A stretch of DNA of 49,698 nucleotides, taken from NCBI GenBank assembly GCA_020719165.1, contig DYQT01000002.1, forward strand, positions 1-49,698, given 5' to 3'. This document shows positions 10,031-17,423 of the stretch, in pieces (within the stretch, counting starts at the first letter, position 1; each line of letters starts with the position of its first letter). Position numbers and translations under genes: made by a program. Below the pieces are notes generated by a model. That model saw nothing but the letters and a program-made list of their open reading frames with translations, was not told the origin of the DNA and did not search any database. Source of the DNA: Draconibacterium orientale (lineage in GTDB: Bacteria > Bacteroidota > Bacteroidia > Bacteroidales > FEN-979).

Positions 10031-10549
10031 TTATCGTATGTAAATACGGGTTGAATTGATTACTGCGGTGTGGGTATAACTGAGAATAATATCTTCGAGT
10101 TCTGCCATGTATGATTGAACAACCGGGTTAAACCAGGGTTTTGGCCTACGGTTGAATCCCAATGATTTTGATAATTTTACAACAATATCCCCGCTCATCA
10201 CATAACCACGCCCAACGCCTTTATGAATGAATATCCCTTCGCGGGCAAAGGAAAAACCAAGCCGGTATATTTCACCGAACTCATAATAATAGGTATTGCG
10301 GATGCTTCTCGCCAGCCGGGATCCTCCAATTCCATGGGCAGCTATGGATCCTGGCATGGCCGCGTTTACCTTCGCGCCCCAAACCATCAGTTTTTGATTA
10401 AACTCTTCGGCGGCTTCCGGTGCCCATTGCGTTCGTTCCCAACGCTGGGTTTTTCCCATCTCTTCAATGCTAACATCAAAAGGACCATTGCTGATCCTGG
10501 TTCGCCTGTGATCTGATGATTGTTCTAAAACCTTCTTCCAGAGACCCAT
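10031..10549 (-). CDS. Conserved neck/tail-completion-like protein (HK97 gp10-like, tentative); paralogue at 48768..49289
   Basis: The ORF track gives 10031..10633. I prefer Met at 10549 (MGLWKK...) because the upstream extension only translates a conserved terminator/promoter DNA block. It sits directly upstream of the tape measure. Confidence 0.7.
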   Translation of the reverse strand: MGLWKKVLEQSSDHRRTRISNGPFDVSIEEMGKTQRWERTQWAPEAAEEFNQKLMVWGAKVNAAMPGSIAAHGIGGSRLARSIRNTYYYEFGEIYRLGFSFAREGIFIHKGVGRGYVMSGDIVVKLSKSLGFNRRPKPWFNPVVQSYMAELEDIILSYTHTAVINSTRIYIR

Positions 10550-10564
10550 GTTAGAAATTTTCGA

Positions 10565-10600
10565 CAATGATACCAAGGGCAGAATGGAAATTAAAGGACA
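10565..10600 (-). promoter_or_regulatory. Phage promoter-class element P2 (TGTCCTTTAA-N18-TATCATTG)
   Basis: 10-mer at 10591-10600, spacer of exactly 18 nt, box at 10565-10572, and 15 nt to ATG 10549. Confidence 0.6.
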
Positions 10601-10601
10601 T

Positions 10602-10623
10602 AAAAAAACCCGCCGAAGCGGGT
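10602..10623 (-). terminator. Intrinsic terminator (ACCCGC-UUCG-GCGGGU plus U7) on the minus strand
   Basis: 6-bp GC stem with a UUCG loop at 10608-10623, followed on the minus strand by T7 (10602-10608). Confidence 0.7.
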
Positions 10624-10638
10624 AGGTTTTCAAAAATC

Positions 10639-10807
10639 AGTTACCATGCTCAGCGTGGTAACTTAATCTCAACCACGTGTAAATTACACGTGGTTGAGAT
10701 TGGCGAATTTTCAGTTTCAACTGATATTTAAAAAACGGGAATTCCCGTTTTTTAAATATCAACCCTAAGGCTGATCCTGACAGTTGCCTCCTTGGGGGAG
10801 GCAACTG
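10639..10807. repeat. Stack of four unrelated palindromes/hairpins
   Basis: Four elements: AGTTACCA/TGGTAACT (10639-10663); a perfect 35-bp palindrome at 10666-10700 with a CACGTG core; a perfect 38-bp palindrome at 10723-10760 centred on GAATTC and flanked by A6/T6; and an 11-bp stem CAGTTGCCTCC/GGAGGCAACTG (10781-10807). Confidence 0.85.
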
Positions 10808-10808
10808 A

Positions 10809-11123
10809 TTATCCTTCCAAATCCAGGCGAAGTTGGTTTGGGTTTTTCCGAATAGAATCCTTCAGCAAAACATACAATTCATCCTTTTCCAGAGTCAAGG
10901 TCTTAAGTTTTGATTTTGCGTCAGTTATCTCCGCTTCTTTCGATTCGATCGAATTTACAATACGTTGAACCTCAATTTGTTTTAATTTCTCCTCTTCATT
11001 GGTGTAAAGTCCAGCTTTTCTGATGGAAGGAATAACCTCGTGTGTAATCCATCTTTTGAATGCTTTAGCCTCTGGTTTTGTGGAAGATAGAATCAAGGAA
11101 TATAAACCAAACTCATTTATAGT
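10809..11123 (-). pseudogene. Bro-N domain gene stump (C-terminal part of the domain plus a coiled-coil tail)
   Basis: The frame translates as TINEFGLYSLILSSTKPEAKAFKRWITHEVIPSIRKAGLY, matching the end of Bro-N / antirepressor N domains. The N-terminal ~70 aa of the domain are missing. The frame is closed by a TGA inside hairpin 11119-11152, and no ATG start is present. Confidence 0.6.
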
Positions 11124-11152
11124 TCAGGTCTTCCGTTTTTGACCTGAACTAT
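11119..11152. other. 12-bp hairpin at the Bro-N truncation point
   Basis: ATAGTTCAGGTC (11119-11130) pairs with GACCTGAACTAT (11141-11152) across a 10-nt loop. Confidence 0.8.
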
Positions 11153-11252
11153 CAAGTTTTTGAATTTCTGTTCTCATTTCTCTTTGTTTTTTAAGTGTTT
11201 ATAAATTATGATATGGCAAAGATATATAATTATTGAATTAAAAAACAATTAT

Positions 11253-11507
11253 TTATAAATTTTGCCCGATCAGCCAAAAAAACCGTACCCGTTCATTTAC
11301 CTCCAGGGGTTCATATTTGTAGCCCTGGGAAATGAGAAATTTGGTGAGGCCACCTTCAGGCCAGGTTGGTTCGGGCCAAAAGTCGGTGATCATCTCATTT
11401 ATTTCGTTGGTTGAAAGTTTCAGCCATGCCTCCGGTACTGTTTGCACTGGCGGGAACTTGCTGCGAAATGATTCGAAGATTTGTTCAAACTCGGTTTTCT
11501 CGTTCAT
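11253..11507 (-). CDS. Hypothetical protein B2 (fourth gene of the SD-rich operon)
   Basis: 84 aa. The start overlaps the upstream stop (ATGA), and GAGGAGG lies 9 nt upstream. Confidence 0.65.
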   Translation of the reverse strand: MNEKTEFEQIFESFRSKFPPVQTVPEAWLKLSTNEINEMITDFWPEPTWPEGGLTKFLISQGYKYEPLEVNERVRFFWLIGQNL

Positions 11508-11761
11508 TGCGTTTTCCCTCCTCTTTGAGTTAAAGAGTCAAGCAATCGGCGAAAATCGCACATCAGGCTAAAAAACCGCTTGTCGATATATTCAACTTCG
11601 TTATCCATTTGTGCCAGGTAAAAAACGCCATCGATCAGCGTGGTTTTGTTGCATTGTAAACTGTCTGTGAGTATTTCCAATGCATCTGATAATGCTGGAG
11701 TAATTTCAATACCATTCACGATGACGGTTTGGGTTTCGGGGTTATTGTTTTCATGGATCAT
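11504..11761 (-). CDS. Hypothetical protein A2 (paralogue of 12045..12308)
   Basis: 85 aa. Shares TV.I.GI.IT..L.DAL..L.D and FF......RLL..L....GGK with A1. AAGGAGG lies 6 nt upstream. Confidence 0.65.
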   Translation of the reverse strand: MIHENNNPETQTVIVNGIEITPALSDALEILTDSLQCNKTTLIDGVFYLAQMDNEVEYIDKRFFSLMCDFRRLLDSLTQRGGKTQ

Positions 11762-12048
11762 TTCGGGCCTCCTTTTACTTTTACATTTTTATTGTTAACC
11801 GGTTTGAGTTGCGGCGCCAGAATGTTTTGCGCCAGTTTTAGTACATCGTTGCCATACCAGGCAGGCGTGCGCCACACGGTGATGCACACATCGGTTACCG
11901 GGTCGTGGATGGTGATAAACTCATCGCCGCTGTCGGCGTAGGAATGAAGAGTGGCATTGGTTCTGAAATGAACATCTTCCATTTGCTGGATCCATCCGCA
12001 CACGATCATGTCCATGGCGGTACGCGGGTTGAGTGAACTTTGTTTCAT
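11758..12048 (-). CDS. Hypothetical protein B1
   Basis: 96 aa, with ATGA overlaps at both ends and GGGAGG 6 nt upstream. Confidence 0.65.
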   Translation of the reverse strand: MKQSSLNPRTAMDMIVCGWIQQMEDVHFRTNATLHSYADSGDEFITIHDPVTDVCITVWRTPAWYGNDVLKLAQNILAPQLKPVNNKNVKVKGGPK

Positions 12049-12308
12049 CCTTTGCCTCCCTTCTGTTTGCTGAGTTCCTTCAGAAGTCGGTAAAGGTTGG
12101 CGAGGATAGCGAAGAATTCGCTGTCAAACGTTTCAATATCAGCAACCGAATCCTTCAGTGAAATAATGTGCAATGAAGTTTCTGCAACGAAATGCAACCC
12201 TTCCGGACCGTGATCGTCGCGAAGCGATACTAAAGCATCAATAAGGTTTTCTGTAATGGTAATTCCGCCGATGGTTACCGGCGTAAGGCAATCTTGTTGT
12301 TTTGCCAT
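12045..12308 (-). CDS. Hypothetical protein A1
   Basis: 87 aa, first gene of the operon, with AGGAGG 8 nt upstream of the ATG. Confidence 0.65.
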   Translation of the reverse strand: MAKQQDCLTPVTIGGITITENLIDALVSLRDDHGPEGLHFVAETSLHIISLKDSVADIETFDSEFFAILANLYRLLKELSKQKGGKG

Positions 12309-12326
12309 TGTGGGTACCTCCTAATG

Positions 12327-12396
12327 GAAAAATCCCAAGTCTTGCTCGGTTCGAGGAACCGTCCGACCCTCGCGGGTGCGGAAGACTTGGGATTTC
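12327..12396 (-). promoter_or_regulatory. Structured 5' leader: three-way junction closed by a 14-bp stem followed by U5, just before the SD
   Basis: AAATCCCAAGTCTT (12330-12343) pairs with AAGACTTGGGATTT (12382-12395). Two inner hairpins read on the minus strand as ACCC-GCGA-GGGU (GNRA loop) and CGGUUC-CUC-GAACCG. UUUUU then the AGGAGG SD follow. Confidence 0.6.
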
Positions 12397-12442
12397 TCCT
12401 ATATAGAAAGTGAAAGCTCATTGTAACCTCGATTTAGCACTG

Positions 12443-12472
12443 CAAATATACAATGCTAAACGACAATGTCAA
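12443..12472 (-). promoter_or_regulatory. Host-type promoter (TTGACA-N16-TATATTTG) for the four-gene operon
   Basis: On the minus strand, TTGACA lies at 12467-12472 and TATATTTG (the TAnnTTTG -7 consensus) at 12443-12450. Confidence 0.5.
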
Positions 12473-12553
12473 TGGTCTAATGGATATTTTTAAAATTAAT
12501 CATAAATGATTTGGTAAAATTACAGCTTGATAATTAACAAATCAATAGCATTT

Positions 12554-13066
12554 TTAGGTTATTTTTAATAAGCCAATCAAAGCAGAATAGAGTTCATTTG
12601 TTTTTTTGCCTGTTTTTAATATGATTGTCAGGTCATGTTCTAAGTATTTGAATGAGATATATAGCATTGATTGATTCTTTTTTGAAGCTCCTATTGCAGC
12701 ACCTGCAATCAAACCAATGCCTCCCGTAAGTAAACCACCAACAATGGCACCAGTTGCAGTTTTCCCCACAGACCTTGAACTCTTTTCTTCCAAGCTTATG
12801 TCAATAATATCCTCAGATTTAACTGGAATACGCTTTAATTTACTCCCATCAACAAATAATAGGTTAAACAGTTTTAATGTAGTATCGACTTCAATATTAA
12901 TCGTTTTTGGTAAAGGAAGTTCAGGATGTCCTCCTTGGTAATCAATTGATGAAAATCTTTGAACAACTGAAGTAAGTGCTCCTTTACTTTCAGATTTGTT
13001 TTGCGAATTTATGCCAGCTATTAATATAATAATAGCGATACCAATAAAAAGAATCATCCATCCCAT
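12554..13066 (-). CDS. Membrane protein (N-terminal TM helix, C-terminal glycine-zipper helix); possible exclusion/moron function
   Basis: 170 aa, with MGWMILFIGIAIIILIAGI at the N-terminus and GAIVGGLLTGGIGLIAGAAIGA near the C-terminus. Confidence 0.6.
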   Translation of the reverse strand: MGWMILFIGIAIIILIAGINSQNKSESKGALTSVVQRFSSIDYQGGHPELPLPKTINIEVDTTLKLFNLLFVDGSKLKRIPVKSEDIIDISLEEKSSRSVGKTATGAIVGGLLTGGIGLIAGAAIGASKKNQSMLYISFKYLEHDLTIILKTGKKTNELYSALIGLLKIT

Positions 13067-13082
13067 AGCTATTTGGTTTTAG

Positions 13083-13634
13083 TTAGACCCTGCAATTTAT
13101 CAAATAATCACTCATCTCCTGCGATGCCCATGGTCGCCATGCATGGGTGTGATCATCGCCATAATATAATGTGGAATCGCCCAGGAACCTGCCAATCGAA
13201 GTGAGGTTACCGGTAGTCGATAGATTTGTATAGGTTCCGGTAGTCGATCGAAACTCGTTTGCCGTTACCACTCCATTAACCTTTAGCCATCCTTTTGTCG
13301 ATCGGCCAACCAATAGTGCCAGTGTGGTGTCCATTGTTGAGCCGATTGTCCACCAGTCGGCATTGGCATAAAGTTTCCATATGGCGGTGGAATAAGAGTT
13401 GTAAATAGCAATGTACGGGTTCTATTGCCCGGCATAACCTTTTAAGCCCAGGGGAACTTCACCGCCAACAGAGGAAATGGTTACTTTATCGGAGGTGGGG
13501 GCTGCTCCGATGCCTACCTTATCGGTGTTAACCTTTAGGCAGATTAAACTTTGGTCTTTGAGAAACGGGTTTTGCGCGTAAACCATCAATCCCGACAGCA
13601 TCAGGATCGTAAGCAATGTGATAATCTTTTTCAT
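13083..13634 (-). pseudogene. Secreted fibre-like protein gene interrupted by one in-frame TAG (13422-13424)
   Basis: ORFs 13422..13634 (signal peptide MKKIITLLTILMLSGLMVYAQ, then the KVGIGAAPTSDKVTI fibre motif) and 13083..13334 are in the same frame. My translation across the gap reads ...GYAGQ*NPYIAIYNSYSTAIWKLYANADWWTIGSTMDTT..., with no other stop. Confidence 0.6.
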
Positions 13635-13669
13635 GGTGTTGGTTTTTAAGTTTTACAATGTTTGATTGG

Positions 13670-13705
13670 CAAACTTAAAAACAGGGGGATGGAATTTAAA
13701 GGACA
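13670..13705 (-). promoter_or_regulatory. Phage promoter-class element P3 (TGTCCTTTAA-N18-TAAGTTTG)
   Basis: 10-mer at 13696-13705, 18-nt spacer, and a perfect TAnnTTTG box at 13670-13677, upstream of ATG 13634. Confidence 0.6.
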
Positions 13706-13761
13706 GGAAAAAATTCGGAAACAATATATTTGAAATAGCATATAACCCAGAAACATTGACC

Positions 13762-13977
13762 ATGGCACTACAAAAGAAAATGAATCAGGAAGAATTTCAG
13801 GATTTCGTTATTGCACGATTGGCAAATATGGACACATTATTTAATTCAATGCTTGAACTACAAATTCAGATGATGAAGAAACTTGGAGCTGGTGATGATG
13901 AGATTAAGCAAATTGTAAAAAAAATAGTAAATGACAGCGCCAGATTTGTCGATTTCTATGATTTCACAGAAGACTGA
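13762..13977 (+). CDS. Hypothetical small protein (plus strand)
   Basis: The ORF track gives 13666..13977. I prefer Met at 13762 (MALQKKMNQEEF...) because a plus-strand TATATTTG -7 box sits at 13735-13742 and the upstream part overlaps P3. Confidence 0.5.
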   Translation: MALQKKMNQEEFQDFVIARLANMDTLFNSMLELQIQMMKKLGAGDDEIKQIVKKIVNDSARFVDFYDFTED

Positions 13978-14150
13978 TCAGGATTGTCAGTATCTGACAG
14001 GTAATTTTTCTTTAAGTCATTTATCCAATCTTGACGATGTTCTTCAGTCTTCTTTAAAAGAGATTTCAATCTTTCAGAAGGCCTGTAAGTCACCGTTTTG
14101 GGGCGTTTTGGTTTAAGCCCGGCTTTGAAGGTAAAGGAGAAAACAAACAT
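13956..14150 (-). CDS. Hypothetical small basic protein (possible ribbon-helix-helix)
   Basis: 64 aa. KPKRPKTVTYRPSERLKSLLKKTEEH resembles an RHH N-terminus. Its 3' end overlaps the convergent plus-strand gene by 22 nt. Confidence 0.35.
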   Translation of the reverse strand: MFVFSFTFKAGLKPKRPKTVTYRPSERLKSLLKKTEEHRQDWINDLKKNYLSDTDNPDQSSVKS

Positions 14151-14228
14151 TGTTATTGGTTTAGTGATTGATTTTACATTGACAGGTTGTTATAACCGGC
14201 AGATGTCCGGGGTGTTCCCGGACTGAGA

Positions 14229-14762
14229 TTAGAATACTTTGCGACGGTATAAAAGCACAGCCACTGCAGCCAGGATGAATACTGCGATAATACCATAAAC
14301 CCACCAGGGGAAACCGGTTCTTTCAACGGTTTTATCCTTGGTGTTTAGCTCAGTTTTACTTTTGAGCTGCTCAGTTTTAGTATTAACAGCAGTTACCTGG
14401 TCGTTTTTTTTCTGCTGTTGCTTGATGACTTCCTTTTTGATAATAGTTCGTTTTATTTTTATTGGAACGATTATCTGTTTTATACCGGATCCGGAAACTG
14501 TATCGTTTATCATTACCCAAACCGAAACCGTAGTGTCACATTCTTCAGTAGTAACTGTTTCGGCAGTGGCGGTTACATTCGTGTTTGTTTCCGATTGAGT
14601 TGTGGCTTTTGTTTCTTCCGATGAGTTTATATTAATCTCCTCTTTCGCTTTAACCTGGTTGATCTGTTTGGATGTGGTACATGCCTGCAGGCACAAAAAA
14701 AACATGATGGCCGCGAATATGGCCAATAGCCAATCTTTTGGAAAATGATCATACGATTTCAT
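14229..14762 (-). CDS. Unimolecular-spanin-like protein (lipoprotein signal plus C-terminal TM)
   Basis: Lipobox LQAC after a hydrophobic leader, a C-terminal TM helix (WWVYGIIAVFILAAVAVLLY) and a position immediately downstream of the endolysin gene. Confidence 0.5.
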   Translation of the reverse strand: MKSYDHFPKDWLLAIFAAIMFFLCLQACTTSKQINQVKAKEEININSSEETKATTQSETNTNVTATAETVTTEECDTTVSVWVMINDTVSGSGIKQIIVPIKIKRTIIKKEVIKQQQKKNDQVTAVNTKTEQLKSKTELNTKDKTVERTGFPWWVYGIIAVFILAAVAVLLYRRKVF

Positions 14763-14767
14763 AATTT

Positions 14768-15259
14768 TCAGAAGTTAAATTTCAAATTTCCGTTAAAATA
14801 CAGCCACGATTCCGACTGGCGGCGCTTGATCAGGCCGGAGAGAGGCTTACCCCCGGCAATGATCCACCGGTTAAACTGTTTATCAATGAGCGGATCGACT
14901 GGGTTTTTATTGATGACTTTGAGCAACGTTGAATTTTTGAAAGCAAGAATCCCCAAATTGTAGGTGAAATCTACCAGAGCATCAAACTGCGATTGATTGA
15001 TGCATGGAATTACCGCAGATGCAACCGCACTTTCTGCTGCAGCCAGGTCGTAGGTGAGCAATTCAAAAACCCGGTGTTCTGAAATCTCATCACCGGGCAT
15101 CACCCGCCCGCCTTCCGGATACCGGGTGGTCCCCATGCCAATGGTCCATTTTCCGGCAGGGCATTTGTATGCCTTCAAAAACTTTCTGAAATCTCCGCCA
15201 CATTCGTAATGCTCGATGAGCATGAGGCAATTCTTTGAAGCTCTGGTAATCTTATCCAT
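14768..15259 (-). CDS. Endolysin, phage-lysozyme (GH24-like) family
   Basis: LIEHYEC...LKAYKCPAGKWTIGMGTT...QFDALVDFTYNLG matches the E..(Y.D/C.AG..TIG.G) signature of T4/lambda-type lysozymes. Confidence 0.85.
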   Translation of the reverse strand: MDKITRASKNCLMLIEHYECGGDFRKFLKAYKCPAGKWTIGMGTTRYPEGGRVMPGDEISEHRVFELLTYDLAAAESAVASAVIPCINQSQFDALVDFTYNLGILAFKNSTLLKVINKNPVDPLIDKQFNRWIIAGGKPLSGLIKRRQSESWLYFNGNLKFNF

Positions 15260-15267
15260 AATGGGGG

Positions 15268-15621
15268 TTATTTGAATTGTTCAAACACATTTTTAATATC
15301 GGATGGTCTGAATGGTTTTGAAATAAAGTAATTAGCGCCAACTTTCAGGGTTTCACTTTTGGCTTCCACGTCGGCATAGGCCGATATTACAACTATGGGT
15401 GTATGCTTGTCAAACATGCGCACATACCGAATAAAATCAACTCCACCCATTTCTGGCATTCTAAGATCAGTAACTATTACGTCAAATTCCTTTTGGCGCA
15501 CCATATCTATTCCCCTGAATGTATTATGGCAAACGACGGTGAGAAATCCAAGGCTCACCAGCGCGTGCTGAACCAGAAACGCATGTTCTGGTATATCTTC
15601 CATTATGAGTATCATTTTCAT
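15268..15621 (-). CDS. Stand-alone CheY-like receiver (REC) domain protein
   Basis: 117 aa. Acidic pair in ILIMED, phospho-acceptor context DVIVTDLRMPEMGG, the S of VVISAY, and K-P in ISKPF. No output domain. Confidence 0.75.
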   Translation of the reverse strand: MKMILIMEDIPEHAFLVQHALVSLGFLTVVCHNTFRGIDMVRQKEFDVIVTDLRMPEMGGVDFIRYVRMFDKHTPIVVISAYADVEAKSETLKVGANYFISKPFRPSDIKNVFEQFK

Positions 15622-16022
15622 TTAACAACATTACCGATTGTGGTGAATACCTGTTCAAACTGAACCATTTTCATGAGCATGTAAAAAACCACCAGGGTAA
15701 TAATACCCCGGTAGGCCACGCTGAACCATGCAGCAGTTTTCTTTTCAAAAATCCCGATTCGTTTCTGCGATGAATGGTTTTCGTTACATACTTTAAACTT
15801 TTCATCAATGATGCCACCCTCTTTGGTTTGCTCATACAGGTTCTTGAGCAGTTCGTTGGTTTTCATGGTAACTTCAATACCGCCGCCGTTTTTAACCTTT
15901 ATTTCGGTAATATTGTTTTCAATGTTGGTCAGCGACGATTTCATGGATAGCAATTCATCGGTAACATTATTCATCTGTTTTCCGAGCATTGCAATTTTCA
16001 TTGCAAGGTTTGTTTCAGTCAT
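15618..16022 (-). CDS. Hypothetical coiled-coil protein with one C-terminal TM helix (holin-like position)
   Basis: 134 aa with a TM segment (AAWFSVAYRGIITLVVFYMLM). ATGA overlap with the REC gene. Lies upstream of the endolysin. Confidence 0.4.
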   Translation of the reverse strand: MTETNLAMKIAMLGKQMNNVTDELLSMKSSLTNIENNITEIKVKNGGGIEVTMKTNELLKNLYEQTKEGGIIDEKFKVCNENHSSQKRIGIFEKKTAAWFSVAYRGIITLVVFYMLMKMVQFEQVFTTIGNVVK

Positions 16023-16033
16023 TTTGTGAAATG

Positions 16034-16513
16034 TTATATGCCTGTTGTTTTGAGTTTGAAGTTTAATCCCCAGCCGTTACAGCCCAGGAGATTATATTCC
16101 GGATCGGTATGCATTCCGTTCACGAACAAACGGTGCATGAGGTGTGAATAGGTTCCTGCATCATTGCAATGATCAGTATCGCCAGCCAGTTCGATCATCT
16201 TACGCTTAACTGCGTTGATGATAACCTGTGTAATTTCCAGTTCAGCAATGAATTCATCATGTGTTAAGGCTCCCCGGTCGCTCTTTTTGACAACGAACAC
16301 GAAACATGATTCTATCTCTTCAAAATCGTCAACGCTCGTAGCCTCGATATCGGTTGAAGGAATAACGGCAAACAGGATCACATCACCGCCGTCGATGTCG
16401 CGGATGGCTGCTGCAAGGTCAGCCTCTTCATGGATGATGAATACTTTGTTAATACCGGGAACCACCGTTGCCATGTACTCCCAGAATGCCTTATACGTGC
16501 TAATTGCTATCAT
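16034..16513 (-). CDS. Hypothetical virion-module protein
   Basis: 159-aa ORF, co-oriented, with a short overlap with the upstream gene. Confidence 0.6.
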   Translation of the reverse strand: MIAISTYKAFWEYMATVVPGINKVFIIHEEADLAAAIRDIDGGDVILFAVIPSTDIEATSVDDFEEIESCFVFVVKKSDRGALTHDEFIAELEITQVIINAVKRKMIELAGDTDHCNDAGTYSHLMHRLFVNGMHTDPEYNLLGCNGWGLNFKLKTTGI

Positions 16514-17423
16514 TGCTTTTATATTTTGCCTCCATTGCCTTTGATTGTTTCACCACCTGGTACAGCCTGATCATGATGTCGTAAAGGTTTTGCCCATCGG
16601 TTTCCTCGATGCTGCCAAACACTTTTGTTTCTGCCAGGCTGTACAGGATCCCTACAAGGCCAATATCGGGGGAATCAGTTGAATCATCATCCGATTTTTC
16701 ATAGATTATTGAAAGGTCGATCTCTTTACCATCAACTTTCACTTTTCCCTTTGCAAGGAATTCTTCGGATCCCGAAAAGAACAGGAAAATACCGTAACGC
16801 ACAGCTAATGGAAGTTTGGCAATTTCCTTTACTCTTTCTTCGAGAAAGAGCGGATTCGATTTAGCCGTGAATGGCACGCGTATTTGTCCATCGAACGACG
16901 GCAGCAAATTTTTAAGCCATAGAAAACGCTTTACCGGACGGTAAAGAACCGCTATGAGATGGTTTAAATCGTTTTCGCTATGCGACTGCAGGTATGCCGT
17001 AAAATATCCATGTGCTATGCGGTATTCGGCAAAGCTGATATCTTGCAGGGCATCTTTGGGGCCAAATAATTTACCGCAGATTACCGGAATGAAATTCTTC
17101 GTAAAACTGAGCTTAAAGGTTTTCACCTTCTTGCCGGCCTGGTCAATTTCCTCGAAAAACGAATCGAGTACCTCACCTATTCTGAATAATTCCCCGTTGG
17201 CCTGCTCCTGCTCTTCCCGCGAGGCAAAAAAGTATCGCCAATCCATCCGGATGTTCAGCAGGTTCATTACCAATTTTGTTTTCAACCTTTCAATGGTGAT
17301 ATATCCCGAAACATACTGCAGCACCAGGTCGATGAAATTGATGAACTGTTTTTCGTTCATCTCCTGAATCTCCGAAGGAAATTCACGCACCAGGTTCTTT
17401 TGTGGAATTTCGATTTTGTGCAT
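16500..17423 (-). CDS. Hypothetical virion-module protein
   Basis: 307-aa ORF with a 1-nt overlap with the upstream gene. Confidence 0.6.
   Translation of the reverse strand: MHKIEIPQKNLVREFPSEIQEMNEKQFINFIDLVLQYVSGYITIERLKTKLVMNLLNIRMDWRYFFASREEQEQANGELFRIGEVLDSFFEEIDQAGKKVKTFKLSFTKNFIPVICGKLFGPKDALQDISFAEYRIAHGYFTAYLQSHSENDLNHLIAVLYRPVKRFLWLKNLLPSFDGQIRVPFTAKSNPLFLEERVKEIAKLPLAVRYGIFLFFSGSEEFLAKGKVKVDGKEIDLSIIYEKSDDDSTDSPDIGLVGILYSLAETKVFGSIEETDGQNLYDIMIRLYQVVKQSKAMEAKYKSNDSN

Noticed and set aside
13083-13634. Genome-wide amber (TAG) stop-codon reassignment
   Set aside because: I saw only this one in-frame TAG. All other long genes are intact under the standard code, several genes terminate at TAG (for example 33963..34364), and no suppressor tRNA was found in the window.
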